Shown in pieces: positions 48,772 to 58,975 of a stretch of DNA of 64,000 nt; position 1 is the first letter of the stretch, and every line of letters begins with the position of its first letter. The DNA comes from Nitrospira sp. (GTDB lineage Bacteria; Nitrospirota; Nitrospiria; Nitrospirales; Nitrospiraceae). A program made the position numbers and the translations under genes. Location: contig JAEURX010000013.1 in assembly GCA_016788885.1 (NCBI GenBank), positions 59,820 through 123,819 on the forward strand. Direction: 5' to 3'. The notes under the pieces are model-generated. The model was not told where the DNA came from. It saw nothing but the letters and a program-made list of their open reading frames with translations, and did no database searches.

Positions 48772-50640
48772 GTGTTCCCCGTGGATGATCTGAGTACACA
48801 GCTTCACCAACAATTCGGATTTTCCTCATTCCGCCCCGGCCAGCGGGAGGTGATCGACGCCGTCTTGTCGCGGCGCGACGCCATGGCGGTGATGCCGACC
48901 GGTCAGGGAAAGTCGCTCTGTTATCAGCTGCCAGCGACCATACTGCCAGGACTCACCCTGGTCATCTCGCCGTTGATTGCGCTGATGCAGGATCAGGTGA
49001 ACGCGCTGATGGCCCGCAACATTGCCGCCGCCGCATTCCATTCCGGGCTCTCCGAGCAGGAGCGGGATCGCGTGGTGCTCCATCTCAAACTGCGGCGCTT
49101 GCAACTGCTCTATCTGGCTCCTGAGCGCATGCAGCACGAGCGCTTCCTTCGTCTGTTGCGATCCTTGTGGGTCTCACTGCTGGTCGTGGACGAGGCCCAT
49201 TGCATTTCTCAGTGGGGGCATGATTTTCGACCGGATTATTTGAATATCGGTCGGCTGCGCCGGGAATTGGACAATCCTCCGTGTCTCGCCTTGACGGCCA
49301 CGGCCACAGCGCGAGTGCAGGCGGACCTCTGTGAGCGCCTCTCACTTCACGACCCGCTTCGGTTGGTCACCGGGTTTCGGCGGCCCAATCTCGCCCTGTC
49401 CGTACGGCTGTGCCGGTCGCGGCAGGAGAAGCTGGCGGTCTTGGAGCGCATGGTGCGCGAATGCGAAACCGGGGTCGTGTTGGTCTATTGCGCCACCCGC
49501 CGCGCGGTGGAGGAGGTGGCAACCTGTCTTGGGCGGTCGGACGCGTCCGTGGGGTATTACCACGCCGGGTTATCCGATGAAGACCGGCGGTTGGTCCATG
49601 ACCGGTTTTGCTCGGGGGCGCTCCGTATTTTGGCGGCAACGAATGCGTTCGGAATGGGGATCGATAAGTCGGATGTCAGGCTCGTTGTTCATTTCGACAT
49701 TCCGGGAAGCCTGGAGGCGTACTACCAGGAAGTCGGGCGGGCCGGGCGTGACGGCCAGCCTGCCGCCTGCCTCTTGTTGTTTTATGAACGGGATGTCGCC
49801 ACACAAGAATATTTCATCCAACAGGCGGCAAAGGAGACCGGTACCTCGGCTCGCGTCGAGCGCATGAAGACACTGCTGCAGGATATGTTGGCCTATGTGT
49901 CGGTGCCGGCTTGTCGCCAGCTGGCCATTCTGGAGTATTTCAGTGATGAGGCCGAACGGGCGTTCGGCCCCTGCGGTCTGTGCGATCGTTGCGTCGCAAC
50001 CTCTCCAGCGCGGGTGGCCGCAACCGACGATGAGGCTGCCGGTGCACGCGCGCTTCTGGCAGCTGTCTCCTGGTGCCAAGGGCGATTCGGAGTGACTCGT
50101 ATCGTCGAGTTGTTGCGCGGGAGCCGGTCGAAAGCCCTACTGGCGTGCGGTGTCGAGGCCTGTCCGGGGTATGGAGAGTATCAGGACTGGTCGAAGCCGG
50201 CCCTGACCCGTTTAGCCAAGGCGTTGATCGATCGGGGCTACCTGTGCGTTGAAGGCGGGGATTATCCCACACTCGATGTGACAACGTGTGGGCAGGAAGT
50301 GTTGGAAGGCATCCGCTCCGTGGTCTTGAGCCAGGCTGAACACTCGACGTCGGCTTCGACGAATCAGCCGTGGGGCACTCAGAGGAATTCGCCGGCGATG
50401 GCGTTGGCCTCATCCGTTGATCCGCACCTCTTCGAACGGTTGCGCCAGTTGCGGAAAGAACTGGCCGAGGAGGAGGGGGTCGCCCCGTTCGTCATTTTTC
50501 ACGACAAGACTCTGCGCACGATTGCCGGGCACCGGCCTATGACGCTGAGTGCCTTGCGGGAAATATCCGGCATCGGGGAAGTCAAAGTCGAGCGATACGG
50601 TCGTCGCGTGTTGAACGTGGTCAATCCCGAGTCGGGGTAG
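48772..50640 (+). CDS. recQ: ATP-dependent DNA helicase RecQ with HRDC domain
   Basis: MPTGQGKSLCYQ, DEAHCISQWGHDFR, YHAG, Zn-binding CR..CGLCDRC and an HRDC tail. Confidence 0.93.
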   Translation: MFPVDDLSTQLHQQFGFSSFRPGQREVIDAVLSRRDAMAVMPTGQGKSLCYQLPATILPGLTLVISPLIALMQDQVNALMARNIAAAAFHSGLSEQERDRVVLHLKLRRLQLLYLAPERMQHERFLRLLRSLWVSLLVVDEAHCISQWGHDFRPDYLNIGRLRRELDNPPCLALTATATARVQADLCERLSLHDPLRLVTGFRRPNLALSVRLCRSRQEKLAVLERMVRECETGVVLVYCATRRAVEEVATCLGRSDASVGYYHAGLSDEDRRLVHDRFCSGALRILAATNAFGMGIDKSDVRLVVHFDIPGSLEAYYQEVGRAGRDGQPAACLLLFYERDVATQEYFIQQAAKETGTSARVERMKTLLQDMLAYVSVPACRQLAILEYFSDEAERAFGPCGLCDRCVATSPARVAATDDEAAGARALLAAVSWCQGRFGVTRIVELLRGSRSKALLACGVEACPGYGEYQDWSKPALTRLAKALIDRGYLCVEGGDYPTLDVTTCGQEVLEGIRSVVLSQAEHSTSASTNQPWGTQRNSPAMALASSVDPHLFERLRQLRKELAEEEGVAPFVIFHDKTLRTIAGHRPMTLSALREISGIGEVKVERYGRRVLNVVNPESG

Positions 50641-50693
50641 CCCGGTGTCGGTGCCGTCCATTCTCGGTCACTCCCTCCGTTTCTAGCCGCCTC

Positions 50694-51314
50694 CTAAGCT
50701 TTCAGGTCACCGGCCTTGCGAAACTGTTCCTGCAACTCGGCATAGGTCTTCGTCACTGGAAACTGCGGAAACTCCTTCGGCAGATGGTCCGGGGGACGGA
50801 AGAAGAACCCGGCGTGGGCTTCTCCCAGCATGGCCGTGTCGTTGTAGGCGTCTCCGGCGGCCATTACCCGGAAATTCAGGTTTTTCAGTGCGGCGACCGC
50901 GTGCTTCTTCTGGTTGGGTTGCCGGAGTTTATAGTTGACGATGCGGCTGTTTGTCCCAATCTCCAGTTGGTTGCAGAAAATTGTGGGATAGCCGAGTTGC
51001 CGCATCAGCGGGAGGGCGAACTCATAAAAGGTATCGGACAAGATGATGACCTGGGTTCGTTCACGCAGCCAAGCAATGAAGTCGGCCGCTCCTTCCATGG
51101 GCCCCATGGCATCGATGACGGACTGAATATCAGCCAGGGTGAAGCCATGCTGATCCAGAATGTGTAACCGTCGTTTCATCAGGGCATCATAGTCCGGCAT
51201 TTCGCGTGTCGTAATCTTGAGTTCCTCAATGCCGGTCTTGACGGCAAAGTTGACCCAGATTTCCGGAACGAGCACGCCTTCAAGGTCCAGGCATACAATC
51301 ACGGGGTTCTGCAT
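50694..51314 (-). CDS. thrH: Phosphoserine phosphatase / homoserine phosphotransferase
   Basis: CLDLEGVLVPEIW, ILSDTFYEF and AAGDAYND (HAD motifs). Confidence 0.93.
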   Translation of the reverse strand: MQNPVIVCLDLEGVLVPEIWVNFAVKTGIEELKITTREMPDYDALMKRRLHILDQHGFTLADIQSVIDAMGPMEGAADFIAWLRERTQVIILSDTFYEFALPLMRQLGYPTIFCNQLEIGTNSRIVNYKLRQPNQKKHAVAALKNLNFRVMAAGDAYNDTAMLGEAHAGFFFRPPDHLPKEFPQFPVTKTYAELQEQFRKAGDLKA

Positions 51315-51419
51315 TCGTCCTCCTTCGGAATGTCGTTTGTCTTCAATGTGACGTGTGAAGCGGAGTGGCCGGAGGTGTCGTTCACCATCGTGTGGGCGGC
51401 CCTCAGCGTGTGAGATGGA

Positions 51420-52292
51420 TTATGGCTCGCGACTGCGTCGGGCGTTTTCCTGGCTGAGATATCGCCAGATTTTGTCCATGGCGTTCTCGAATATCTCTGT
51501 CCCCGCCCAGCGGCGCGTCTGTTCATTCCGATGACGTCTGGCCCACTCGACGGCGAGAGGAAGCGGAATCAGTCGCGGCGTCGTTCCGGTCAAGTCTGCC
51601 CAGAGCAGACTGAGCGTGGTGCTCAGCCGAACGGCGACGGGCACAGCACGAATGGACGGATTGGTCATGTCCTGACAGTCAATGGCCGGGGACGTGACGG
51701 AGAGTTCCCGACAGGCTGCCGGACGGTCTTCATAAATGCTGCACGACTCATTGTCCAGAAAGGGGCACGGCATACGGAGGGCATAATAGGCGCGATTCAC
51801 CGGCTCGATCGCGTCGTCGCTCGGAGGATCAGGAGACTCGGCCAGGGCCGACAACTGCGTCAAGACTCCGGCTCGTGCCAGTTGTTGCTGGGCAAGGTCG
51901 AGTTTGGCGAGCAGACGGTCGCGTTCGGGCTGTTCCAGGCGCTCAATCCTGTCGGCGATGGCGAAGGCTTCTGGCGCGGACGCAGGAACCAGCATGCGGC
52001 AACAGGCCGCGCAGCCTTTGTGGCAGGACACGGTTTGGCCGGTTTGGCCTGCCTGACTGTGTTCCAAGGCCTGGACCTCTTCGCCCAGACTCCGCATCAG
52101 CGGGAGGATGGCGGTAATTGGCACGAAACTCGTCGGGACCCCCACGGCGGTGGACACATCCCCACTCGGAGTGCGCAGGGAAATTTCAAAATGTTCAACG
52201 AGCGCCTGATTGCTCACGGGGGTGACGTGCGAGTGTTGTTGTCGATGTGATGAGCGGCGAAGCCCAGCACCATTTCTGCTGGGGCTTATCAT
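51420..52292 (-). CDS. YkgJ-family cysteine-cluster protein
   Basis: CHKGCAACC and CPFLDNESCSIYEDRPAACR; start uncertain. Confidence 0.85.
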   Translation of the reverse strand: MISPSRNGAGLRRSSHRQQHSHVTPVSNQALVEHFEISLRTPSGDVSTAVGVPTSFVPITAILPLMRSLGEEVQALEHSQAGQTGQTVSCHKGCAACCRMLVPASAPEAFAIADRIERLEQPERDRLLAKLDLAQQQLARAGVLTQLSALAESPDPPSDDAIEPVNRAYYALRMPCPFLDNESCSIYEDRPAACRELSVTSPAIDCQDMTNPSIRAVPVAVRLSTTLSLLWADLTGTTPRLIPLPLAVEWARRHRNEQTRRWAGTEIFENAMDKIWRYLSQENARRSREP

Positions 52293-52376
52293 AGAGAACC
52301 CTCGATTCGAGGGTCAACCGCGCTGTGGAGGAGTTGGACTTGCTCCCCATAGACGGTTGGGGCTACTCTGTCTGCG

Positions 52377-52748
52377 ATGCGCGTCTCTGGCCACATCATC
52401 GGGTTATTAAAGGAGTATATGGGGGACCTGGTCGAGCAGGCTCGACAGGAATCCTATGCTCAGCAGGCCTTCGGCTTTTCCATGCCGCCGTATCAGCCGG
52501 ACCATGCCATTGCCGATTTACTAGCTATCCTGGACGATCGGATTGAGTCGGAGGGTGTGCAGGTCGGGATGCCGCTGGAGTTTTTGCATGAGATGTGGCG
52601 GCGCTGTAATGAGGCGCGGAGTCAGGTGATGGACCAGGTGTGGCTGGAGACGAATCTCGGACCACCGGGTTCTTCGAAAGCCCGTATTCGCGAGCTGACC
52701 TATGCGGCGCTCATTGAGTATCTGGAACGCGAGTCCGAGGCGACGTGA
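52377..52748 (+). CDS. Hypothetical protein
   Basis: Clean 123-aa helical ORF filling the gap between convergent and divergent neighbours. Confidence 0.65.
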   Translation: MRVSGHIIGLLKEYMGDLVEQARQESYAQQAFGFSMPPYQPDHAIADLLAILDDRIESEGVQVGMPLEFLHEMWRRCNEARSQVMDQVWLETNLGPPGSSKARIRELTYAALIEYLERESEAT

Positions 52749-52779
52749 CCGGCGTTCGGCGTGATGGCAGAGGTTGGGG

Positions 52780-53592
52780 TTACCACTTCCCCGCAATCCA
52801 ATAGACGATGATTCCTACGGCCTCGTCGATCGCCTGCGTAGTGAGCAGCAGGGCTTTGACCGTCGGAATGAAATCGTAGACGGTCGCGTGTCTCCAGGCT
52901 TCTGAGGGACGATGTTTCGATTCGTAGCCACAGGTGACCGGCGTCACGGTAAAGCCCTGCTTCTCAAACAGGCCCACGGCGCGGGGCATATGGTAGGCGG
53001 CGGTCACCAGCAGGATACGTGCTGAGCCCAGCATCGCTTTGGTGTGGAGGGCATTTTCGTAAGTCGTCCGCGAGTGTTCCTCGACGACAATGACCGATTC
53101 CGGAACACCGAGGCGCAACGCCCATCGCTTCATTTCGTGGGACTCCGCGGGGCCGGTTCGAAGAACGGTGGCATCACCTCCCGTGAGCAGTAGTTTGGGC
53201 GCCACGCTCCGATGCCACAAATCCGCTCCACAGGCGGTTCGCTGACGTGAAGCATCTGACGCCTCATCCGATGGCCGTAGGGATCCTTTGTGGTAGATGC
53301 CTCCCGCCAAGACGACAATGGCATCGAAGTTCGAGTCTGCTGCCGAGATGAACGGCGGATATGTGGCTTCGAGTGCCCCGATGTACGTCGACGCCAGCAT
53401 AGGGGTTGAGGTCAGGAGCAGGAGCAACAGGGTGGCGAAGGCCCATCGCCTGACCCAGGTCGCCCGCCGGGGTGTGACAGGGAGACAGGCGGAGAGCAGG
53501 GTCAAGAGTCCTGCTCCGACTATCCAGGTCATGGGATACAGGAAATATTTCGAGGCTTTATATACGCCATACCAGATTGGCGTCAGATCCAT
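52780..53592 (-). CDS. YdcF/DUF218-family membrane-anchored protein
   Basis: DAIVVLAGG, LLTGG, ES.EM, SRTTYENA and LLVTAAYHMPRA; start moved to ATG 53592. Confidence 0.9.
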   Translation of the reverse strand: MDLTPIWYGVYKASKYFLYPMTWIVGAGLLTLLSACLPVTPRRATWVRRWAFATLLLLLLTSTPMLASTYIGALEATYPPFISAADSNFDAIVVLAGGIYHKGSLRPSDEASDASRQRTACGADLWHRSVAPKLLLTGGDATVLRTGPAESHEMKRWALRLGVPESVIVVEEHSRTTYENALHTKAMLGSARILLVTAAYHMPRAVGLFEKQGFTVTPVTCGYESKHRPSEAWRHATVYDFIPTVKALLLTTQAIDEAVGIIVYWIAGKW

Positions 53593-53672
53593 CGCGGCTC
53601 CCACTTTGGCTGACTGGACAGTGGTCAGCATACACGGAGACGGCGGAGACACCAAGTAGTCAGGAGGATTTG

Positions 53673-54155
53673 ATGGCAGAGGGGCGACAGTATTGGTTGA
53701 TGAAGTCTGAGCCGGACGTGTTTTCGGTCGACGATCTGGCCGCTTCACCGAACCGCACGACTTCGTGGGATGGCGTGCGCAACTATCAGGCGCGCAACTT
53801 TATGCGTGCGATGAAGGTGGGAGACCAGGTGTTGTTTTATCACAGCAATGCGAAGCCGCCCTCAGTGGTCGGGATTGCTGAAGTGGTGAGGACCGCCTAC
53901 CCCGATGCAACCCAGTTCGACCCCCGGGATCCGCACTATGATCCGGCTAGTACGCCCGAGCAGCCTCGCTGGGATCTCGTCGATATTCGATTTATGTGCA
54001 AATTTGCCGCACCGCTCTCGCTGGACCTCCTACGGGGACAGCCTGGTCTGAAGGGGATGGAACTCCTGAGGAAGGGCTCGCGATTGTCGGTCCAGCCAGT
54101 GCGGAAGGCTGAATGGAATCAGGTTGTTCGGCTTGGACGAGGTCGAGCCGACTAA
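53673..54155 (+). CDS. EVE-domain protein
   Basis: YWLMKSEP, WDGVRNYQARN, FYHSN and LSVQPV; start moved to 53673 after AGGAGG. Confidence 0.95.
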   Translation: MAEGRQYWLMKSEPDVFSVDDLAASPNRTTSWDGVRNYQARNFMRAMKVGDQVLFYHSNAKPPSVVGIAEVVRTAYPDATQFDPRDPHYDPASTPEQPRWDLVDIRFMCKFAAPLSLDLLRGQPGLKGMELLRKGSRLSVQPVRKAEWNQVVRLGRGRAD

Positions 54156-54212
54156 ACGGGCTCTGGCGGTGTATGTTGAAGGGACGAAATGGACAAGCGA
54201 GGCAGAGGGTGC

Positions 54213-54458
54213 CTAGCTACGGGCTTTCCCGTCATCCAGGTAGCGATGTTGCCAATCTAGCCAGGCATGTCCTAGCTCATGGGCAAGAATGTATCTCCGG
54301 CGGGTCACGGGGAGCCGCTTGCGGATATAGATGACTTTCGCTTCGTTATCCCAAATTCCATCCGCGTTCGCATCCTGCCGATCCATCTCAGAATCGGTGA
54401 CCTGCCGGATCATGATGTGGTAGCCGAACGGAAGTACGACTTTATTTGGTATTCGCAC
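54213..54458 (-). CDS. Minimal HExxH (ImmA/IrrE-like) metallo-protein, about 81 aa
   Basis: DGIW...IYIRKRL...RRYILAHELGH; GTG start at 54458 preceded by GAGGA. Confidence 0.75.
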   Translation of the reverse strand: MRIPNKVVLPFGYHIMIRQVTDSEMDRQDANADGIWDNEAKVIYIRKRLPVTRRRYILAHELGHAWLDWQHRYLDDGKARS

Positions 54459-54662
54459 CGTATTCCTCGCTGTCTTCCTGATGAGCGCGTGTAAGCCGGT
54501 TTCTGCTCCCGGATAGCCTAACACATTTCTCTTTTCCGCTTCCCTGATAAAATATCATTGAATATCAGTATCTTGCGATTCATTTTCTCTGGACGGCTGG
54601 TCGGAGCTTCCTGTGAGATGGAGTGCTATGGGATTGTCCAGACGGAGTGGTGAGGATTTCAA

Positions 54663-55448
54663 TTGTCCGCCCGAATGGTGTATCATCCGGCCATGGTCGA
54701 CAAACTGCTCGCACAAGAACTGGCCACTCCCTATCCCACGGTCGTGCGGATCGTCGGGATAAAGATTCGTGATCGGGGAGAGGTGAAGAAATTCGATGCC
54801 GGAGAGGCGTCTCTTGCCTTCGGCGATCGCGTGCTGGTCGATGTGGTCGGTGAACTGACCTACGGTGTGGTCTACGGGATTCCACAAGTCACGCCGTTTA
54901 TCCCGCCGATGCGGGTGATGCAGACGATTGTCAGGAAGGCCACCCCCGAGGATGTGGTGACCATTGATCGTTACGAGCGGCTAGCGGCTGAAGGAATGCG
55001 GGCGTGTCGGGATCAAGCGGCGGCGCTTGGGCTCAGGATGAAGCTGGTCGAGGTGTTCTGCTCGTTTCACCGTCGGCAGATGACGTTTGTGTATACCGCC
55101 GATGATCGCATCGATTTTCGTGAACTGGTTCGTCTGCTTGCGCGCCGGTTTGGTGGGCGCATTGAAATGCGCCAGGTAGGGGTTCGCGATGAGGCGAGTC
55201 GATTGGGCGGGATCGATACCTGCGGACTCGTACTGTGCTGTGCCGCATTTTTGACAGAAGTGAAACCGGTGACTGTCAAGCAGGCCCGTATCTTGGGTCT
55301 TCCGGTCGACGATCCAAAATTGCTCGGCGTCTGCGGTCGTCTCAAGTGTTGCCTACTGTTTGAGGCCATGGAGAGTCAGCCCGTACCGGCATCGTCAAAG
55401 CCATCGAGCCTCATCAATCCTTCCCGTTCCCGTCTGGCTTCCTCCTAG
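54663..55448 (+). CDS. PSP1 / RicT(YaaT)-like protein
   Basis: YTADDRIDFRELV, IEMRQVGVRDE, CGLVLCC and GVCGRLKCCL. Confidence 0.9.
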   Translation: MSARMVYHPAMVDKLLAQELATPYPTVVRIVGIKIRDRGEVKKFDAGEASLAFGDRVLVDVVGELTYGVVYGIPQVTPFIPPMRVMQTIVRKATPEDVVTIDRYERLAAEGMRACRDQAAALGLRMKLVEVFCSFHRRQMTFVYTADDRIDFRELVRLLARRFGGRIEMRQVGVRDEASRLGGIDTCGLVLCCAAFLTEVKPVTVKQARILGLPVDDPKLLGVCGRLKCCLLFEAMESQPVPASSKPSSLINPSRSRLASS

Positions 55449-55577
55449 TCTTGTTGCCCATTTAGGCTGTCCTCGGCCGCGCATTCGCGCGGTAGGCGTT
55501 GGTCGTTCCATGGTCCTGCGGCGAGATCCCCTCTCGTGCTTTTTCCTCGAAAGAGTATAATGACCGTGAGGTGCGGA

Positions 55578-56669
55578 ATGCCTCAGGTACTTGTGCTCGG
55601 GGCCGGGAAGATCGGATCTTTGGTTGCCGCGCTGTTAGCAGCCAAAGGGCACTATCAGATTCATCTGGCCGATCTCACCCTTGATGCTCCCAAGCGGCTG
55701 ATCGATGAATTGGCACTGTCCACGGTGACCCCGTGCGCATTGGACGTGCGTCGCCCTGACTCCGTCCGAGAGTATGTGACCTCCCATCGGTTTGATGCCG
55801 TTCTCTCCGGACTCCCTTATTTTCACAATCCAACTGTTGCCGAACTCGCGCGTGCCCATCGCCTGCACTATTTTGATCTGACCGAAGACGTCGCCGTGAC
55901 CGGGCGGGTCAAAGTGATCAGTGAGGGGGCCGAGCGGGCATTCATTCCCCAATGCGGTCTGGCACCTGGGTTTATCAGTATCGTCACCAACGATCTGATC
56001 GGGCGGTTCGATTCTATCGACCATGTGAAGATGCGTGTCGGTGCGCTGCCGGTTCATCCGAGTAACGCGTTGAAGTATTCCCTGACATGGTCCACAGACG
56101 GTCTCTTGAATGAGTACGGGAACCCCTGTGTGGGAATCGAGGGAGGGCAGGAAGTTCGTCTGCAACCGTTGGAGGGGTATGAGACCATTGAACTCGATGG
56201 GCTGTTGTACGAAGCCTTTAATACCTCCGGCGGGCTGGGGACGTTGGCGGACACCTATCGGGGGCGGGTCCGCACCATGAACTATAAGACCCTTCGCTAT
56301 CCTGGCCATTGCGAAAAAATCCAATTTCTCATGAACGATCTGAAGTTGAATGAAGATCGGGACACGCTCAAACGCATTCTGGAACGAGCGATTCCGCAAA
56401 CGCACCAAGATGTGGTCTTGATGTACGCCTCCGTGACCGGGACCCGGCAGGGTGAATTATTTGAAGAGACCTACGTCAAGAAGGTCTATCCGAAAACCAT
56501 GTTTGGACGACTGTGGTCCGCCATTCAGGTGACGACGGCCTCGTCGCTGTGCTGCGTCGTTGATCTTGTCATGGCCAGGCCCTCAGCCTATCGCGGCTTT
56601 GTCAGGCAGGAGAATTTCCTCCTGCAGGATGTGTTGGACAATCGTTTCGGCGACTGCTTTCGTTCTTAG
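55578..56669 (+). CDS. Saccharopine dehydrogenase family, probable lysine 6-dehydrogenase
   Basis: VLGAGKIG, HYFDLTED, QCGLAPG, WSTDGLLNEY and YKTLRYPGH; start moved to 55578. Confidence 0.85.
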   Translation: MPQVLVLGAGKIGSLVAALLAAKGHYQIHLADLTLDAPKRLIDELALSTVTPCALDVRRPDSVREYVTSHRFDAVLSGLPYFHNPTVAELARAHRLHYFDLTEDVAVTGRVKVISEGAERAFIPQCGLAPGFISIVTNDLIGRFDSIDHVKMRVGALPVHPSNALKYSLTWSTDGLLNEYGNPCVGIEGGQEVRLQPLEGYETIELDGLLYEAFNTSGGLGTLADTYRGRVRTMNYKTLRYPGHCEKIQFLMNDLKLNEDRDTLKRILERAIPQTHQDVVLMYASVTGTRQGELFEETYVKKVYPKTMFGRLWSAIQVTTASSLCCVVDLVMARPSAYRGFVRQENFLLQDVLDNRFGDCFRS

Positions 56670-56675
56670 CGGATC

Positions 56676-58232
56676 ATGACAACGACTGAACTGTTGACCT
56701 CATTGGGCGTATTGCAGGAACAGCCAGCAGGCTCGCTGCCTTCCACGGCCGGCATCGGTACGGTGGCGACTGGAGTCCTGGAGTCACGAAATCCATCGAA
56801 TGGCAGGGTATTGGGTCGTGTGTACGGTTGTTCCGACGACGACTACCAAGGCCTCGTCGATGGGTTGTGTGAACGACAGCTCTCGTGGCGCCAGGTGCCG
56901 GCCCCCAAGCGAGGCGAAGTCATTCGTTTGATCGGGCAGGCGCTGAGGGAGCACAAAGACGCGTTGGGTACCCTGGTGTCGCTGGAAGTGGGCAAGATCA
57001 AATCCGAAGGGGACGGCGAAGTGCAGGAGATGATCGACATGGCGGATTTTGCCGTGGGGCTCTCCCGCATGTTGTATGGGCGCACCATGCATTCGGAACG
57101 CACTCGGCATCGGATGTATGAGCAATGGCATCCCTTGGGTGTGGTGGGAGTGATCACCGCATTTAATTTCCCGGTTGCGGTTTGGGCCTGGAACGCGTTC
57201 ATCGCGGCTGTTGCCGGAAACACGGTCTTGTGGAAGCCCTCGCCGAAGGCTCCGCTTTGTGCCCTCGCCGTGCAGCATCTGTGTAATCGAGTGTTGGAGG
57301 AGGTCGGGTATCCTGGCGTTCTTGCACTGCTCACGACTGATCGCGTCGAACTCGCCGACCGCATGGTCGGCGACGAACGACTCCCCCTGATCTCCTTTAC
57401 TGGGTCGGTAGCGGTGGGACGGCATGTAGCGGAGGTGGTCGGACATCGCTTGGGTCGCAGTCTGTTGGAATTGAGCGGAAATAATGCGGTGATTGTGGAC
57501 GAGACGGCAAATCTGGATTTGGCCACACGCGCGATTGTCTTCGGGGCGGTCGGGACCGCAGGTCAACGCTGCACTAGCACCAGACGGCTGATTGTGCATG
57601 AGTCGCACTATGAGAGGCTGGTGTCCCAGCTTCGTGCCGCCTATGCCCAGGTGACGATTGGCGACCCCTTGGATCCGGACGTCATGATGGGGCCACTGAT
57701 CGATGAGTACGCAGTTGCAAAGTATCAGGCGGCGCTCGACGCGGTGAGAACCGCCGGTGGAGAAATTCTCTGCGGGGGGCAGGTGTTGCGACGCCCAGGA
57801 TATTTTGTCGAGCCGACGATCGTCCGTGCGCAGAATGATTGGGACATTGTTCAGCAAGAAACATTTGCGCCGATCCTGTACGTCATGACGTATCGTACGT
57901 TGGATGAAGCCATCCACATGCAGAATGCGGTTCCGCAGGGATTGTCGTCCGCGTTGTTTACTCAATACCTTCGCCATAGTGAGGCCTTCCTGTCGGCCAT
58001 CGGCAGCGATTGCGGAATTGCGAATATCAACATCGGCACCTCTGGGGCGGAAATCGGTGGGGCGTTCGGTGGAGAGAAGGCTACCGGGGGAGGGCGTGAA
58101 GCTGGATCTGATGCCTGGAAAGCATACATGCGACGGCAAACGACGACTATCAATTGGGGAACGGAGTTGCCGTTGGCGCAGGGTGTGAAATTTGGGCGAG
58201 CGGAAGGAGGGGATGATGGGGCAAGCCACTGA
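56676..58232 (+). CDS. ALDH7-type aldehyde dehydrogenase (piperideine-6-carboxylate / aminoadipate-semialdehyde dehydrogenase)
   Basis: [35 protein letters not shown] and [25 protein letters not shown]. Confidence 0.92.
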   Translation: MTTTELLTSLGVLQEQPAGSLPSTAGIGTVATGVLESRNPSNGRVLGRVYGCSDDDYQGLVDGLCERQLSWRQVPAPKRGEVIRLIGQALREHKDALGTLVSLEVGKIKSEGDGEVQEMIDMADFAVGLSRMLYGRTMHSERTRHRMYEQWHPLGVVGVITAFNFPVAVWAWNAFIAAVAGNTVLWKPSPKAPLCALAVQHLCNRVLEEVGYPGVLALLTTDRVELADRMVGDERLPLISFTGSVAVGRHVAEVVGHRLGRSLLELSGNNAVIVDETANLDLATRAIVFGAVGTAGQRCTSTRRLIVHESHYERLVSQLRAAYAQVTIGDPLDPDVMMGPLIDEYAVAKYQAALDAVRTAGGEILCGGQVLRRPGYFVEPTIVRAQNDWDIVQQETFAPILYVMTYRTLDEAIHMQNAVPQGLSSALFTQYLRHSEAFLSAIGSDCGIANINIGTSGAEIGGAFGGEKATGGGREAGSDAWKAYMRRQTTTINWGTELPLAQGVKFGRAEGGDDGASH

Positions 58233-58809
58233 ACTCGATACCGTCCTGGCTCGAATGACCGCTGACTTTCTGGCACACAATAGTGCAGCTGAACTGCTGC
58301 GTCAGGCATTGGATGATATCGGGGTGGGATTTGTCCCCGTGATGGATCACGTGACCATCAGAACAGGGGACATCGACCGACGCGCGGAAGAGTTCATTGG
58401 GCTGGGGTATGAGTATGATGAAACGATTCGGTATGAGGATTGGTATGCAAAGGTCTACAGGAAGGCTGGGTATCCGGCGTTATTTGTCGATCAGGCCTAT
58501 CCGGACGACCGTGGTAACACCAGCATCATTCCTCGTTGGGTGGAAAAGTTTGGTGATCGCGTATTGCATCATGTCGCGGTGCGGGTGGAGGATATCGAGC
58601 AAGCCATTCTCAAGTTGAAAGCGAGAGGCATTGTCTTTGCTGGGGAGATTGTCGGTGCACGGGGAGGCCCGCTGAGACAGATTTTTACCGCTCCGGAGAT
58701 GGTCGATGGCCAGCCCTTCTCGGTGCTGGAACTGGCTGAGCGTCATCAGGGCTATCAGGGGTTTCTTCCTCCCCAAGCGGACAGCCTGATGCGATCCACG
58801 GTGCGCTGA
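58213..58809 (+). CDS. VOC-superfamily metalloenzyme, HglS/DUF1338-like
   Basis: [15 protein letters not shown] and LELAER give a His/His/Glu triad; overlaps the ALDH stop. Confidence 0.7.
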   Translation: MMGQATELDTVLARMTADFLAHNSAAELLRQALDDIGVGFVPVMDHVTIRTGDIDRRAEEFIGLGYEYDETIRYEDWYAKVYRKAGYPALFVDQAYPDDRGNTSIIPRWVEKFGDRVLHHVAVRVEDIEQAILKLKARGIVFAGEIVGARGGPLRQIFTAPEMVDGQPFSVLELAERHQGYQGFLPPQADSLMRSTVR

Positions 58810-58975
58810 TCCCACGGCTTGAGTCTTCCCGCGTGGCAATCGTTCTCTGCAACGCGACCTTTTGGGGTCGGGGAGGGAGCCTCGACCGAATCCATCAATG
58901 TGCGTACAATGCCCCCGCTACCAGAACCGCGCTGATCGGTTCATTCGACTGTGGGCTACTTGGGAGGTCATCGAT

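Noticed and set aside
56784-58280. 498-aa antisense ORF over the aldehyde dehydrogenase
   Set aside because: Fully antisense to a gene with complete ALDH7 motifs and has no recognisable motifs itself; long shadow ORFs are expected from codon bias in GC-rich DNA.
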